Shown here in pieces: positions 38,301 through 51,290 of a DNA stretch of 64,000 nucleotides (its first letter is position 1; the number at the start of each line of letters is the position of its first letter). Both the position numbers and the translations under genes were made by a program. The stretch is taken from positions 684,001 through 748,000 of the forward strand of contig MU057719.1 in the NCBI GenBank assembly GCA_013265495.1, read 5' to 3'. Source of the stretch: Vicugna vicugna (lineage: Eukaryota). The notes under the pieces are model-generated. The model was not told where the DNA came from. It saw nothing but the letters and a program-made list of their open reading frames with translations, and ran no database searches.

Positions 38301-39355
38301 GTCGCGAAGCTCGGGACGTCGCGGGTCAGAGCCCAGAACCACAGACCCTGCCCGAGGGTGGGTGAGCAGGACCCTCCGCTGCCCCAGTGACCCACGCTCA
38401 CAGCAAGCCGCGGGTGGGCGCCCCTGGCTGAACCGAGCCCTGTTTTGCAATAATCCTGAGATGCTTGGATGAGCCCCAGGCTTCCACAGCCTCGCATTCC
38501 TACAGGAAGAACAGGGGGCGGGAGTCGTCCCGCTGGCGGCCAGCTGACCAGATGTCCGTGCCTCCCACTGCTGGCCTCGAGGCCGGCGAGGTTCCCGGTG
38601 GAAGCGGGCCTGGCCCGGTTCCCGGGGGAGACAGTGTCCCGGAGCCTCGGCCGAAGCGGGGGCCCCTCTGGAAAGCGGCAGGTGCTGGGCTGGGAGCCCA
38701 TCGTCAGGCAAGGTGATAAAGTGGCTTTCTCCTCAGAATTAATTTCGGGCCAAAAGGAAATTGAATTTCTTATCCCGACGGCGTGGATCCTTGCCACGGC
38801 ACCGTTAGGGACCGATTCGTGCGGATGGAACGTCTCCCACCTGCACGTGTCACACAGAGGCCCCGGCGGCGGGAGGCCCGGGCCTTCCCGGGCCCTGCGT
38901 TGGCCAGCTGGGTTTTAACCGTCACCTAAAGAGTGTCTTGCACAACCTGTGCAAGTTGCCTCGGCCCTAGAGAGCCGGGGGCGGGGTGTGGCCGAGAAAG
39001 ACGTGGTGGCCAAGGCCACTCCTCACGGTGTCCTGTCGGGGGCAGTGACATCTTCTTGCCGAGAAAATGTGAGGAGAGGGTGTGGCTGGAATGAGGTTGG
39101 GTGCCTCTGAGGGACCCCGGGGAGTGTGCTTCAGAGATTCTGGAAGCTCCTCCAGGGAAGACCCTGCCCTTTCTCTGCAAGGGGTGCCTCTGCTGTCGTC
39201 TGTGGGTGCCGATGGGGTCTTTCTAGGGGTGGCCCATGGCGTTTATCAGCAGCTTGGAATCTGTGGCTTTTTTTGATCCTCAGAGAGGGCCAAGTCTGTA
39301 AAGTGTGGTTCGAGCATCACACCTTTTATTCTTATTCTTGAAAGATTGGTATCAA

Positions 39356-39620
39356 ATCACCATCCCCACCACCACCGTCACCACCATCCCCCACCATCCC
39401 TCATCATCCCCCACCATCCCTCATCATCCCCAACTCCTCACCATCCCCCACCGTCCCCACCATCCCCCACCCCACCATCCNNNNNNNNNNNNNACCCCCA
39501 CCGTCCCCACCATCCCCACGACCATCCCTACCATCAACTTCACCATCACCAACATCATCATCACCACCCACTACCATCACCACTGTCTTTACTACCACTA
39601 TACCTCCATCACCTTCACCA
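39356..39620. repeat. (CACCAT/CCCCAC)n low-complexity repeat containing an assembly gap
   Basis: caccatccccaccaccacc...; 13 Ns at 39481-39493. Confidence 0.9.
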
Positions 39621-41999
39621 GAATGCCCAGCACCGCTGTACACTGGCTTTCTGGAGCAGACTGCTAGGAGAGATTGCACACCCCCATAGCAGAATCTTTG
39701 TGGAACCAAGGGTGTCTTGGGATGTCCAGCGGGTTTGAAAAATGAAGATCCTTCAAACCTACTGCCAACTTGCTTCTTCCCTCTCCTGTGGGTTTAGGAC
39801 CCCAGGCCCCTGCAGAGGGCTGCACGTGCTCTGATCCCTGCCCACCCCCCGCCTCCCAGGCCCCTGCGATCCTCACTTATTTAAGGGGCGACTGAGTTTG
39901 GAGGATGCACCTGGTGTGTCAGGGTGCTGTTGCACAACCAGACGCCCTGGAACGTGTGAAACCACAACCAGCTGATGAGACCGGAGGCGGCTGGACATGC
40001 TGGGCGCGGTGGGCCGTCTCTGGGCTCATCTGCCCAAGCCCTCCCGCGGCGTTTGCCCAGAGGGCGGCTCCACGCTTGTTCTGATGCTGCGGGTGGCCAG
40101 AGCGTCCCACAGGAGGGCCATGGACCCTCATGTCCTGGGGACCCAGGCCGGGGTGGAGACCCAGCACCCCTCCTAATCCTGGTCCTCCCCACGGGAAGCT
40201 CGCAGGAAGTTCAGTGAAGCACCAGGCATGGAACCAAGCCCCCAGATCTGTTTAGCTGAGACCTGAGCATATTTCCATCCTCCAGAATATTCAGCTGAGT
40301 CAGTCTAGGGCAGGGCGTGAGCACCTTAGCTGCTGAAGCCCTGCTCTGACTTACTCGCAGTGAGGCCTCCGAGCCTGTTGGAAAGCACTCGTGCCAGCTC
40401 TCGATAGCCGATGGCTGAATCTGTAGGAAAACTAGCGAGGCGGTTAAATCACTGGAAACTTGCCGTCAGCTGCGGCAGGAGTATTTACACCGCAGGCAGT
40501 GGTGGGCCCCCGCCCTCCCCAAAAGCTGAATGTCCAGCATCTCCTAGGACATCACTGGGCCTCGGGCAAGTGGCTCGACCTCCCTGAGCCCCAGGTTCCT
40601 CATCTGTGAAACCCGTGTGGCTGCGTCCCCCGCCTCGTGGAGTGACAGGCACCCCGCCCGGGGCTCTAGCGTGACAGTTCTGATGAGTGCGCCCACGAGC
40701 CTCAGGAGCGACGTAACGCCGTCGTCCGGGATCTGCCGGTGCAGACTCAGAGGGATGTCAGTTGCTAGGGATGCAGCGTTTGTGACTCAGCTTAAGCCTA
40801 GCCGGCTTGCGGCACCCAAGCCACGCTCACAGCCACTGCGGCCCCTGCTGTGGTGGCTGGCTGGCCCTCACCTGCCCTGTGTCGGGTGTGAGCACCAGGA
40901 GGGCTGGGCGCCATGCCGGGGCCCCTGTGGGGTGTCTGTGCATGGGCTAGAAGCTTCACCTTGCATGGTTTGCCACCTGCATCTGGCGCAGGTGGCCCAA
41001 TGTGCAGCAACAGATACTGCTGACCACCCACGGTGGGCGGGGCTGCGGGCTCCGAGCGTCTTGTGACTCCTGTTTTGGGTTCTGACCTGTCCTCACAGGG
41101 CAGATAAGCCTTAAGCCTGCTGCAGCCAGGGCTGATGGGCCACTGGGCAGCCTGAGGGCAGGGGGTCTCCTCCCACACCTCGCCCTGCTGGCCCTCTCAG
41201 TCGCCATCCTAGTGGCCTGAACGAAACAGGTGGCAGGCAGAGGGGAGAACCCTCTTAGCCTTGGGGACCGTCCAGCATCCCGCAGAACTTCCCACCGGGT
41301 GCCACTGATCCTGTCAGAGGGGTCTGAAGCCCAGAACCTTCCAAAAGGAGAGGGTCCTTGAGCCAGTTCAGAATGGAGAAGACCCACGTGGCAGTGATGA
41401 CCTTCAGCCACGTGTCTGGGGCCTGACGGGGCTGCCTCCCCGCCTCGGTTTGATCTCTTCTCACCAGGGGTCCTGTATGGTCTCCCTTCCACAGTCCAGG
41501 AGCCTGAGCCTCCCGGGGACCCAACTGACAGGTGGCTCCTACCGGCATTCGGAGCAGTTCCCCCCTCTCCGGGCCAGCTGGCCAGAACCACACTGGCCGC
41601 TGCAAAGATGGGCCCTGGCCAACCCTGCTGATTCCTGCGCCGTCCCCCCAGCTGGGCCAAGCAGAAAAGGACACCCCGCCGCCAGCAGGGTCCACACTGA
41701 GTGGCTGCCCCACAAAAGGCCCCGTTTACTGGCAGAGCTGACTGTCTGCTGGTAACAGGGTGCTCGCTGCCGGGCATGTGCACCACCAGACCCCAGCCTG
41801 CTCCAGGCTCGGGGGGCTTGGTCCCGAGGCACCATTTCCAGACAGGACGCAGAGGGGCACAGCCACCCCAACCCCGCCTCAGTCTCCCCGCTCCTGGGGC
41901 CGCCCCCACCTGGCTGAGGGTCTGCTCTGGTTTCGCCCTGGCTCTGCGTCTCAGGTGGAGGTGGGGGGTGCATACCAGGCGCCAGGTGCTCTGTTCTCA

Positions 42000-42480
42000 C
42001 TCTTTTTGCTGAAGTACAACCTCAACAAGTTTTTTCATGAAGAATTTTGACTGACAAGCTCTGTGTCTTTATCTGAAAAATCTGCATTTCACCCTAGCTC
42101 TTAAGGGATGTGGGTTTCTAGGCTGACTTATGTTCAAAGCTCTGTGCTTCCAAGGTACTACTCTCTGTCGAATAGCATCGATTGTCACCAGTAAGACGTC
42201 CAGAGTCAGTCCAGTGAGCTTTGCAGGCAACCTCTGTCCCCCCCCTCTCTGTCTCTGTCTCTCTCCCTGCCCCCTCCCTCTTCCCCTCCGACGTCTACAC
42301 TTACCCCAGCGTTTTCTGGGCAGGAATTTGTTTTTGTTTATCTGTGCTCTGTGTGCTTCTGCAGTCCGAGGGCTCATGGCCGGCCACCTTCCATTCTGGA
42401 AATATTTCCACCGTTAATCTTTTCAAGGACCGTCTTTCCCCTCTTTTCTCTAGAACCTCCTTCTTCCACTTCTGTGGACA
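42000..42480 (-). mobile_element. Old L1/HAL1 ORF1-like remnant
   Basis: T-rich antisense L1 ORF1-type phrasing (tctgaaaaatctgcatttcaccc); approximate. Confidence 0.45.
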
Positions 42481-42639
42481 CGACGCGGGGCTTCCCGGCC
42501 AGGCCTCCCGTCCTCTCCTTCCCTGTGAGTGGTCCCGTGTTTGAGCCACTGCCTCTCCCCTTCACTCCTGGTGCCCAGGACATGGAGACAGCATGAGTCC
42601 CTGAGCCCCTGGCTGTAGGGGCCGTGTGTGCAGAAAAGC

Positions 42640-44480
42640 ATGTTTCGTTTTGACCACCTTAACCATGCTTTTAGCATAAGTTCACTAGTGCCAAGTACAC
42701 GCACCAGGCAGTCATCGCGCAAAACTGAGACTCCGCGCTCGCTGAGCAGCAACCTCCGTTCCCCTCCCCCATCTCTGTGACTGCCGTTCCCCTTTCTGTC
42801 CCGGTGAATCCCGTGCCTCGTACAAGTGGAGTCACGGGGCTTGTCTTTATGTGACGGGCGTGCTCCGCTCTGCCTTGTGTCCTCGGTGTCCAGCCACGTT
42901 GTAGCAGGTGTCAGAGTCCCTTCCCCTGAGTGACTGGGTAACACGCCGTTGTGTGGATGGAGCAGACTTTGCTGAGCCACCACCCACTGCTGGGCTCTTG
43001 GGTTGCTTCTCCCTCTTGGCTGCTGTCGGTAATGCTGCTGTGGACACGGGTGTGCAAATTTCTGCTCGACACGGTGCCTCCAGTTCTTTTGGATACGTAC
43101 CCAGAAATGGGCCTGCTGGACATATGGTAGTTTTATTTTTAATTTTTCGAGGAATCACCATACTGTTTTTCCTAACAGTTGCACCATTTTACATTCCCAC
43201 CAGCTGTGCCCACGTGTTCTCATTCCTTCACATTCTCGCCAACACTGATTATTTTCTGCTTTTTAAAAAAAGTAGTAGCCGCGCTAATGGCTACGAGCTC
43301 ATGTCTCCTGGTGGTTTTGACTGGCTTTCCTCGGATGATCAGTGGTGTTGAGCATCTTTTCATGCGCTTGTTCGCCATGTGTGTGTTATCTCTGGGGAGC
43401 TGTCCCTTCAAGTCCTTGATTCATTTCTCTTTTTTGTACGTACGTTTATGTTTCGAAGTACGGTCAGTGTACAGTGTAGCGTCAGCTGCTGGTGTGCAGC
43501 GCAGTGCTTCAGTCACGCTCAGTTCATTTCTTCACCAGGTTGTCTTGCTTTTGTCAAGTGGCAGCGTTCTTTGTATATTCCAGGTGTGAACCCTTTGTCA
43601 GATCTGTGATTCGCAAGCGTTCCTCCCGCTCCCTGGGTAGCCTTCCTGCCGGCTGTGCCCTCGATGCACACCGGGCTTTACGTTCGCCCTGGTCCCCCTT
43701 GGCTGCTTTTGCTTCTTGTGGCCTGTACCTCCGGTGTCACCCTCGAGAAATCATCGCCAAGTCCAGTGTCCCGGGCTCTCCTCCATGTTCTCTCCTGGGG
43801 GTTACACAGTCTCGGTCCGTTTCGAGTTAGTGTTTGCACGTGGTGTCAGGTGAGGCCCAGCGTGCCCATCGCTGGCTGTTGAGGAGACCGTCCAACCCCC
43901 CGGGACACTCGTGGCTCCCTCGCCGAACCTCCCTGGGCCACTTACGTGAGGGTGTGCCTCTGGAATCTCTTTTCTTTTCTATTAGTTCGTCTGCCACACT
44001 GTTTTGATTATGGTAGCTTCGTAATATCGGAAAGTGTGAGTCCTCCAGCCTTGTTCTTCTCTGAGATTATCTGGCTAATGGGGGTTCCTTGAGATGCTGT
44101 GTGACTGTTAAGATGGATTTTTTTATTTCTGCCAAAAATGCCGTTGGGTTTTGACAGGGGCTGTGCTGGGTCTGCAGATTGCTTGGGTCCTGTTGATGCC
44201 TTGGCGATACTAGGTCTTCCAGGCCAGGAACACGGGATGTCTCCGTTGCTTGCGTCTTTGACCTCCGTCAGCAGGGTTTGTGGTTCTCAGCGTGTGAGTC
44301 TGTCACCTCCCAGGTTAGCTTTATTCCTAAGTATTTTGTTCTTTCTGATGTGATTGTAAATGGCATTTTTTTCTAATTTCCTTCTCAGACTGCTCATTGT
44401 TAGAGTGTAGAGACGTAGCTGAGTTTCTGTGTGTGGACTTTGTTTCCGGCAACCTCGCTGACTTTATTCGTTCTAACAGG
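42640..44480 (-). mobile_element. Old L1 (L1MB-like) 3' fragment
   Basis: ORF 42847..43161 'GTYPKELEAPCRAEICTPVSTAAL' and 43220..43411 'MANKRMKRCSTPLIIRG' are ORF2 C-terminal remnants. Confidence 0.85.
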
Positions 44481-46211
44481 ATGGGGGGAGTCTTTGGGGT
44501 CAGAAAAGACTTTAAACAAAGACTGGTTTAAGGTCCTTCCTGACGGGTTTCTGCGATCCTGTGACTCCATCCAATTCTTGTGGTTCCCATAGCAACGCGG
44601 GGCTGTGTTTTGCAGGGGCTTGGCCTCCATTTGGGGCTTTTGAGAGTCTATCCAAGCCCCCATTTCCTGGCAGGTGACTGTGTACCAGGCACCAGCTTCC
44701 CACGAACCCGACGCTCACAAGCACCGGCCTCGGCCCGTTCACCAGGCGGGAGCACTGAGGCTGGGAGGGCCGACCCTGTAGGTCTGGGTGACCCCAGGCC
44801 CGTGTTCAGACGTCCTCATTCCTGGCCTTTTTCCTTAGTACGTGTCCTTTCAGAAGAAACGAGGGCTCTCCCAGCGCCTCCTTCAGTGGAGGAAAACGCA
44901 GGATGTCTAGAGAACCAGTGGTGCCGGCAACTTAGAAAGGCACCTAGAAATCCCCAAACTCTCCCCCAACTTTGCTGGGAAGCAGAGGTCCGTCCACCCG
45001 CACCTGCTTCCTTGCTTTATCCGGGAGGTCTGCTCAGCCCCTGTGTGTGCCGGGCCTGCGCACGGGGGTACGTGGGAGAGGGGACCAGCGGCCCCCCGGC
45101 CTCGCTGGGCTCCTGGGAGCCGGGCAGGGGCCTGGGGCAGCTCCATCCCACCGTGAACTCACCAAAAGGCCCGACTGAACGGGGGCGTGTGTCTGACAAG
45201 ACCCGCAGTCCTGGGCCGTTAATGGGTGAGCTTTCAAAATGACTTTTCCCTGTTCAAAAGGAGATTGGCTTTGAGCCCCCGCTCCTCTGTGGGCTGCCTA
45301 ACGTTAGACCCCGCTGCCAAGGCAGCTGTGTCAGGGCCTGGGGCTGGCGCCAGGGAAGCAGGGCACTGTCAGTAGTACGCTTTCTGTGTCAATTTTGAGT
45401 TTTTTGAGAGGCCGGGCAAATGTCAACTCGGAGCACATTTCTGCTGTTTCAAAAGCTTGCAGGATCCAGCCCCGCAGCAGTAATGAGATTAAAGTGTCAG
45501 ATTTACAAGGAGCTGGGTCCGTGGACGGGAGAGCGGCTCCCGCGCTCCTTCGGCCCAGATAGTATCCCGGTGGGAGACGCTCGGGGCAGCCCTTTCGGCT
45601 CCGAGCAGTAATGGGCTCCGCTTGTCCGTCTCCGTGAGCTCTGACTTGCTGCAGTCCCCTGTCCCTTTGGTGAGCTGGACGGTCCCCGGGCTGAGCGCCT
45701 GGGCCTCACGCAGGGGACACCGTGGGTCCAAGGACTTGCCCGAAGGCCGGTTGCTGGGGTGAGTGACATGCCGCCAGACCACTGTGCAGGGAAGTCATGC
45801 CAGCGGGCCAGGCGTCGCCCACGCCGCTCGCGCCTCCCCGCGGCTCCTGGCCCCGGACACCGGTGTGAGGGGCACACGCGCCCCGGGGCCAGCTGCCCAC
45901 GTCAGAGCCGCGTGTGCTCAGGCCGGGCGGGGCGTCTCCAGAGCTCTGTTCCTGCGTCGACCCCTGGATGTTTTTATAGCGGTCCCCACCACCGAGGAGG
46001 GGTTGGATGAAGCAGTGTACATAAGGAACTTAGCCTGAGGACACTCCGGAAGCAGCAGGTCACTTCCGTGGGGCTGTGGGGCCCGTGGGGCCCGTGGTCC
46101 CTCTCCTGGCCTGTGGGACCCAGCTCTGGGCAGTGACTTTCACGGTCAAATATCCACAGTCGACACAAAGCCCCTCCAGCCCCACCTGCTGCCTCTCTCC
46201 CCTGTTCCCCC

Positions 46212-46222
46212 NNNNNNNNNNN
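46212..46222. other. Assembly gap (11 N) inside a C-rich tract
   Basis: Run of n flanked by C runs. Confidence 0.99.
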
Positions 46223-46694
46223 CCGCCCCCACCCCCCACACCTGCCCCAGCTCTGTGCCTTCGCACCTGCCCTTCCCCCTGCCTGGAAGGCCCATCTGCA
46301 GCGGCAGACTCGCTCAAGGCTCCCGCCCGGTCCCTCCCAGCGCGCTCCTTCCTCCCCTTCGCGTGCCCAGCGGGGTGTGGTTGCCGCGCAGCTGACTTGA
46401 GCTTTGGCCAAGTCCTTCTAAGACTCGAGACCTGGGGGGCAGAGGCTGTGTCTGTCTTCAGATCCCAGCACTTGGCCGGCCGGCCGAGGCCCACCAGGCT
46501 CGGGGCGATCAGAGCACACGCCCGGTGCCCGGCTGCTCCCTTCTCGAACCTGCCAACTGCAGCCCTGGCGACTAGTGAGCTGTGGTGCTGACTCCCCACC
46601 CCAGAGCCTCCTAAGACAAAGCCGGGCTCCTGCCCCCGTTCCTAGACAAGGAGACTGAGGCCAAAGGGAGGCGCAGAGCCCGTCCCAAGGTCCC

Positions 46695-47050
46695 TGCAGT
46701 GATTGAATAGGGGAAGGTCTCCTCGTCCCCACCCGGCCCTGTGAGTGGACCTGGGAGACAAGGTCTTTGCGGATGTGGTTAAGGCCAGGATCTCGAGATG
46801 AGCTCATCCTGGGTCGGGGTGGCGTATCAATCCAATGGGAAGTATCCTGATGAGAGAGACGTGGACACAGAGGAGGGTGGCCTCCAGGAGCTGGAAGAGG
46901 CGGGAGAGACCCTCCCCTAGAGCCACAGATGGAGCAAGGTCCCGTGACACCTTGACTTCGGACTTCGGGCCTCCAGAACTGGGAGAGAGCACACTTCTTA
47001 AACCCCCTGCTTTGCGGTCCTTGGCTACGGGGTCACTTAGGAGGTCTGAG
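46695..47050 (+). mobile_element. MaLR (MLT1-like) LTR
   Basis: aggtctttgcggatgtggttaag...gagatgagctcatcctgg...gacaccttgacttcggacttcgggcctccagaactggg. Confidence 0.8.
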
Positions 47051-47285
47051 GCCTGGGAACCACGTGTGCACTTCCTCCCACTCTCAGCACCTGCACCCCT
47101 TCCTCTTGTCCAGAGCGCTCCTGAGCGCTCTCCTTGGGAGAGCCCGTTTCTTGGTGGCCACTGGCCTGGGCCCAGAGCCAGCTAATAATCGTGCCGGTAG
47201 GAAGTGTCCCCCAGTAAGTGGCAGCCAGGCCTCGATCCGATGGTCTGACCTCAGTTCGTGTCTGAACCACGGCTTGTCCTCCCAG

Positions 47286-47448
47286 GTCCGGGCCATGAGG
47301 CTGTCCTTCGTGGGGGAGCTGGGCTGGGAGCTGCACGTCCCGAGGCCGTCCTGCCTGCCCGTGTACCAGGCTGTGATGGCAGCGGGGGCCAAGCACGGCC
47401 TCGTCAACGCCGGGTACCGGGCCATCGACTCCCTGAGCATCGAGAAGG
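47286..47448 (+). CDS. SARDH: SARDH exon 18, 163 nt: [54 protein letters not shown](G)
   Basis: cccag|GTC ... AAGG|gtgtgt; [10 protein letters not shown] motif; follows a 12.96-kb intron. Confidence 0.97.
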
Positions 47449-48010
47449 GTGTGTGCAGGGTCTGGGCGGTACGGCGGGCTGGAGGCAGAGGGGCCGCTAC
47501 CTCCCACGTCCATCCCCTGTGCCTCCTTGCCCGCTGTTTTCCCGTCCCCCCCGACTTTGGCAGTTTCCCCAGACCCCCTTCACTGCCCATGAGCTGGGCC
47601 TCCATGCAGGCCCAGGGATGGTGCTGGGATCTCTGACACTGGCAGCTGGGGCGGGGCTCTGCCCAGCCAGGTGGGGCCAGAGCAGGATTTGGATTTAGCA
47701 CCGAAGGTCGTTTCCTGGAGAGAAGTGAGGAGCATCAGAGTAGGGGCCCTCAGTGCTGCCCGGCCCTTAACAAGCCCTCCTCAGTGCCCCCGACCTGACA
47801 GCACAGACGTGCGATGCTGATGGGCGCGGGCTGGCCCAGGGCGCTCACCCAGGGGACTTCCTGCAGTCCGGGAGGACCCCGTCCCGGGTTGCCCAAGTCG
47901 CTGAGGTTCTAGGGTGGGGAGGTGGGTTGGGGGGTGTCCACATGTGTCTCCAAGGGGCTTGTCCCCTGCCTCTTCTGGGCAGTGACCCTGTGGTCTCCCC
48001 ACTGTCCCAG

Positions 48011-48179
48011 GGTACCGACACTGGCACGCTGACCTGCGGCCCGACGACAGTCCCCTGCAGGCGGGCTTGGCCTTCACCTGCAAGCTGAAGTCCGCCGTCC
48101 CCTTCCTGGGGCGCAAGGCCCTGGAGAGGCAGCAGGCCGAGGGCCTCCGCCGGCGTCTGGTGTGCTTCACCGTGGACGA
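48011..48179 (+). CDS. SARDH: SARDH exon 19, 169 nt: (G)[55 protein letters not shown](E)
   Basis: cccag|GG ... GACGA|gtgagt; translated by hand (this frame is absent from the ORF track); phase 1/2. Confidence 0.96.
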
Positions 48180-50012
48180 GTGAGTACCGGGCCCGGGTCC
48201 GTCCGGGAGTGACCGCTGCAGTCAAAGCAGGCGCTTCTGGGCTCCTCCTCTGAAGCCTGGTGGGACTCCACCCGGGCCGGGCACCCCCTCCCGGAACTCA
48301 CACCACAGGCCCGTAACAGAGGAGGAGACTGCGGCCCGAGAGGTGGAGCAGGGCCAAGCCAGGCCTGGCTCCAGAGCTGAAGCTGCAGGCCCAGATCCCT
48401 CCAGGGCCAGGCAGGGTATGAAACCGGGTCAGGGTCTGGCGCGGGTCAGTAAGGGGTGGGGAGGGCAGCCCTCCTCACATGCAGATGTTAAGAGAGAAAG
48501 GTGCTGCCAGGCCCAGCCAGCTCCCTGCCGGTTAGAGCGTCCCCACAGCCCTGGAGGGAGGCCAGGCTGAGGCCACCAGCCCCACTTATAGATGGAGACC
48601 ACGGGGGCCCAGGCACGTGGCAGAGGTGGCAGGAGAGCCCCACGTGCGGGCCTGATGCCCTCCCTCCCAGCTGAGGGCGGCTTTGAGCACAGCACTGTTA
48701 TGTCCTCGGGGCCAAGCCCACGGTGTCCCCCGGGTGCCTGGATCCCACCGGGCCGAGCCACCGTGGCGCCAGAGGATGTAGACGGTGTGAGCTGCAGTCT
48801 GAGTAGCAGCCGTCTCCAGGGTGGCGGGCGTCCCCGAGCTTTGTTGATTTGGAGCTGACAGCCAGACACAAATGGTGCCACTTCTCCCCAGTTTGGAGCC
48901 TTCCAAGGAAGTGTTGCGAGGGACTGGGGGGCCGGCAGAGAGAGAGCAGGGCTGGGGTTGGTCGCCGCCCATGGCCACTCCCCGGCCCTGTCAGGCTGCT
49001 GCGCCGCCTGGCTGCTTGGCCGTCTCCCGGGGAGCAGCTCAGCTCTGGTTTGGGGTGCAGACCGAGCAGGGATCCTCGGAGCCCTTCTGCCGCCTGGCCC
49101 TCCAGGAAGCACCTGCAGCCTCGGATGGCCCGGGCCACAGCCAGCTCCCCTGTCAGGTGTTCCCTGCAGAGCTGCAGAACCCTCCCCAGACCCAGGAGAG
49201 ACCCGGCCAGGACACCGGCTGGGGAATCACAGAGAATCCCGCTGCCCTGCTCTGGGGCCCTGGGCCCCGCAGGGGGCCTCCCTGGGGCTGTTTCCTCGCA
49301 TGGAGACAGCACTCTAGCGGGACTGGGGCGAGACCGAAGGATACAAAAATTTGTTTACAAAAGCTTCCATCCCACCCTCATCTGCTGGACCAAGGGTGCC
49401 CAGACCGTCTCACTCCAGGTCACTGAACCAGGAGGCACCTGACACTTTGTCCAGACTCCTTCCCCCAGTGTGGGATTCACACAGAGCCAGTCACCGCAGC
49501 CAGCCCGGCCGCGCGCCACTCCCCGCTGGGCACGGCCCCGTCACAGCCCCTGGGGGGCCCAGCAGTCCCCCGCGTGGTGCTCAGGAGGGCAAGTCTGCCA
49601 GGACTCCCAGTTCGGTGATTGTAGTTTAGTCTTTTCTTTGTTTTCTATTTTGAATTTTTAATATTTTTACAGCAAGCATCGACACCTTGCGTGTAGTAAA
49701 GAAAAGCACTTTTAATAAATTATGCAGCAGGCCGTCAGAAAAGAAAAGCCGAACAGAGTGAAACGAGCCGTGAGACAGCGTTTTGGACTGTGCAGACGTC
49801 TCGGGTGGGCGTCTTCCAGCTCCGTGGGGCCTGGCTCCGGTGCTCTCTGCTCTGTTACTCGCCTGCATCCCCAGGCTCCTGGCAGAGCAGCCCTGCAGGG
49901 TGGAGCCCGTGGTCCAGGGCGCGGTGCCTTTCTCCTCGGCCAGCCCGAAGCGCAGGTGTTCCCCTTGGGTGGGGGCGGCTCTGGGGCCCCAGCCGTCTGT
50001 TGCTTCTTTCAG

Positions 50013-50148
50013 GAAAGTGCCCATGTTTGGCCTGGAGGCCATCTGGAGGGATGGCCAGGTGGTGGGCCACGTCCGGAGGGCCGACTTCGGGTTCACCATC
50101 GGCAAGACCCTGGCCTACGGCTACATCCGGGACCCCAGCGGTGGGCCG
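50013..50148 (+). CDS. SARDH: SARDH exon 20, 136 nt: (E)[45 protein letters not shown]
   Basis: tttcag|G ... CCG|gtgagt; phase 2/0. Confidence 0.97.
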
Positions 50149-51139
50149 GTGAGTCCCGCTCCCCAGCCCTGCCCCGGGGTCCTCTCCGGCTCCACACCAG
50201 GGCCTGGGTGTGCTGGGCGTGGGGGGAGCCCAGAGATGTGACTGACGGATGGCGCTGTGTCTCCAGGAGGAGACAGCGGCGGTTTCTGGGTTTTCTTTCT
50301 GACTTTGGGAACTCTAGGCTTCTCCTGGTCAGAAGGAGACTCTGGGCCGGGCCTGACACTCTGTGCTCCCTGGAGTTGGAGACCCCATGTTCATGGAAAT
50401 AGCTGTGTGTGCATATATCAGGGTACATCACGTACACACGTGTGCACACAACACGTGCACACAGACAAGTTTTGGGAACTTGGCAGTGAGACAGAAGGGG
50501 CAGCATGTTCTGCGTGGAGAAAATCTAAACATTTTGCCCAAGTGACCATTTATAAATCCAAATAATCCCCCACCGAACACAGATGCTTCCCTCCACACTG
50601 GCAGGGCAGGGAGGGCTGAGAAGGGCCCTTGAGGGCCTCCTGGGCTCTGAGCCCCGGGAGCTGTGTGGAGCCCATGCCAGGCGAGCTGGTCACGAGGGCA
50701 CCCCGTGGTGGGCTGGGTGGTGTGAGGTTGAGGGGCTCACTGTCGTTACCAGCACCTTGCTTCTGTGGAGTCTGCCCCCAGCCCCGTGCCAGCTCAGAAG
50801 CAGGCCACCAGAGGCTCGGACCGGCAGGCCCAGGATGCCTGCCCCGCTGGGCCTGGCTCTGGAGCCGTCCAGCCTCAGCCTCTGACGGTCTCAGGGCTGC
50901 AGCTCCCCCGCCCCCCACCAACTTCAGACCAGAGGACGCACTGGAGAGAAGTAGGGAGGATGAGGCAGGCAGGAGGGAGTAGGACAGCCCTGGCGGAGGT
51001 GCAGGGGATAGGCCGGGCCTGATGTGTGGACCCAGGGGGGAAGGGAGCCCATCCCAGACCTCTGGCCAGGCTGCATGCTGCAGGGGGAGGCTGCATCCCA
51101 CATGGACTGGGAGGCTCGGGGCACAGGCTCAGCCTAGGG

Positions 51140-51290
51140 ACTCTGCTCTTGACTGGCCTGGTGACCTTGAATGAAGGTGTCTCTCTGAGCCTCAGTTTCC
51201 TCATCTGTAAAATGGGGATAGATTCCTACCTGCCCCACAGGGCAGTTGTCCAGATCTCTGCTCTGAGTGGGGACTTAATAAGTGTGATGA
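51140..51290 (+). mobile_element. MIR
   Basis: Core gtgaccttga...ctctctgagcctcagtttcctcatctgtaaaatggggata. Further MIR remnants near 7760, 14580, 20510, 27810, 38030, 40560, 57340, 61430 and 63450. Confidence 0.85.

Noticed and set aside
39346..39738. His/Pro/Thr-rich ORFs
   Set aside because: Translation of a low-complexity CACCAT repeat spanning an assembly gap.
44434..44442. HNF4A motif TGGACTTTG
   Set aside because: Single match inside an L1 remnant with no supporting cluster.
49714..49719. Intronic AATAAA in SARDH intron 19
   Set aside because: Lies in an AT-rich, probably repeat-derived patch with no clear downstream GU-rich element; no evidence of use.
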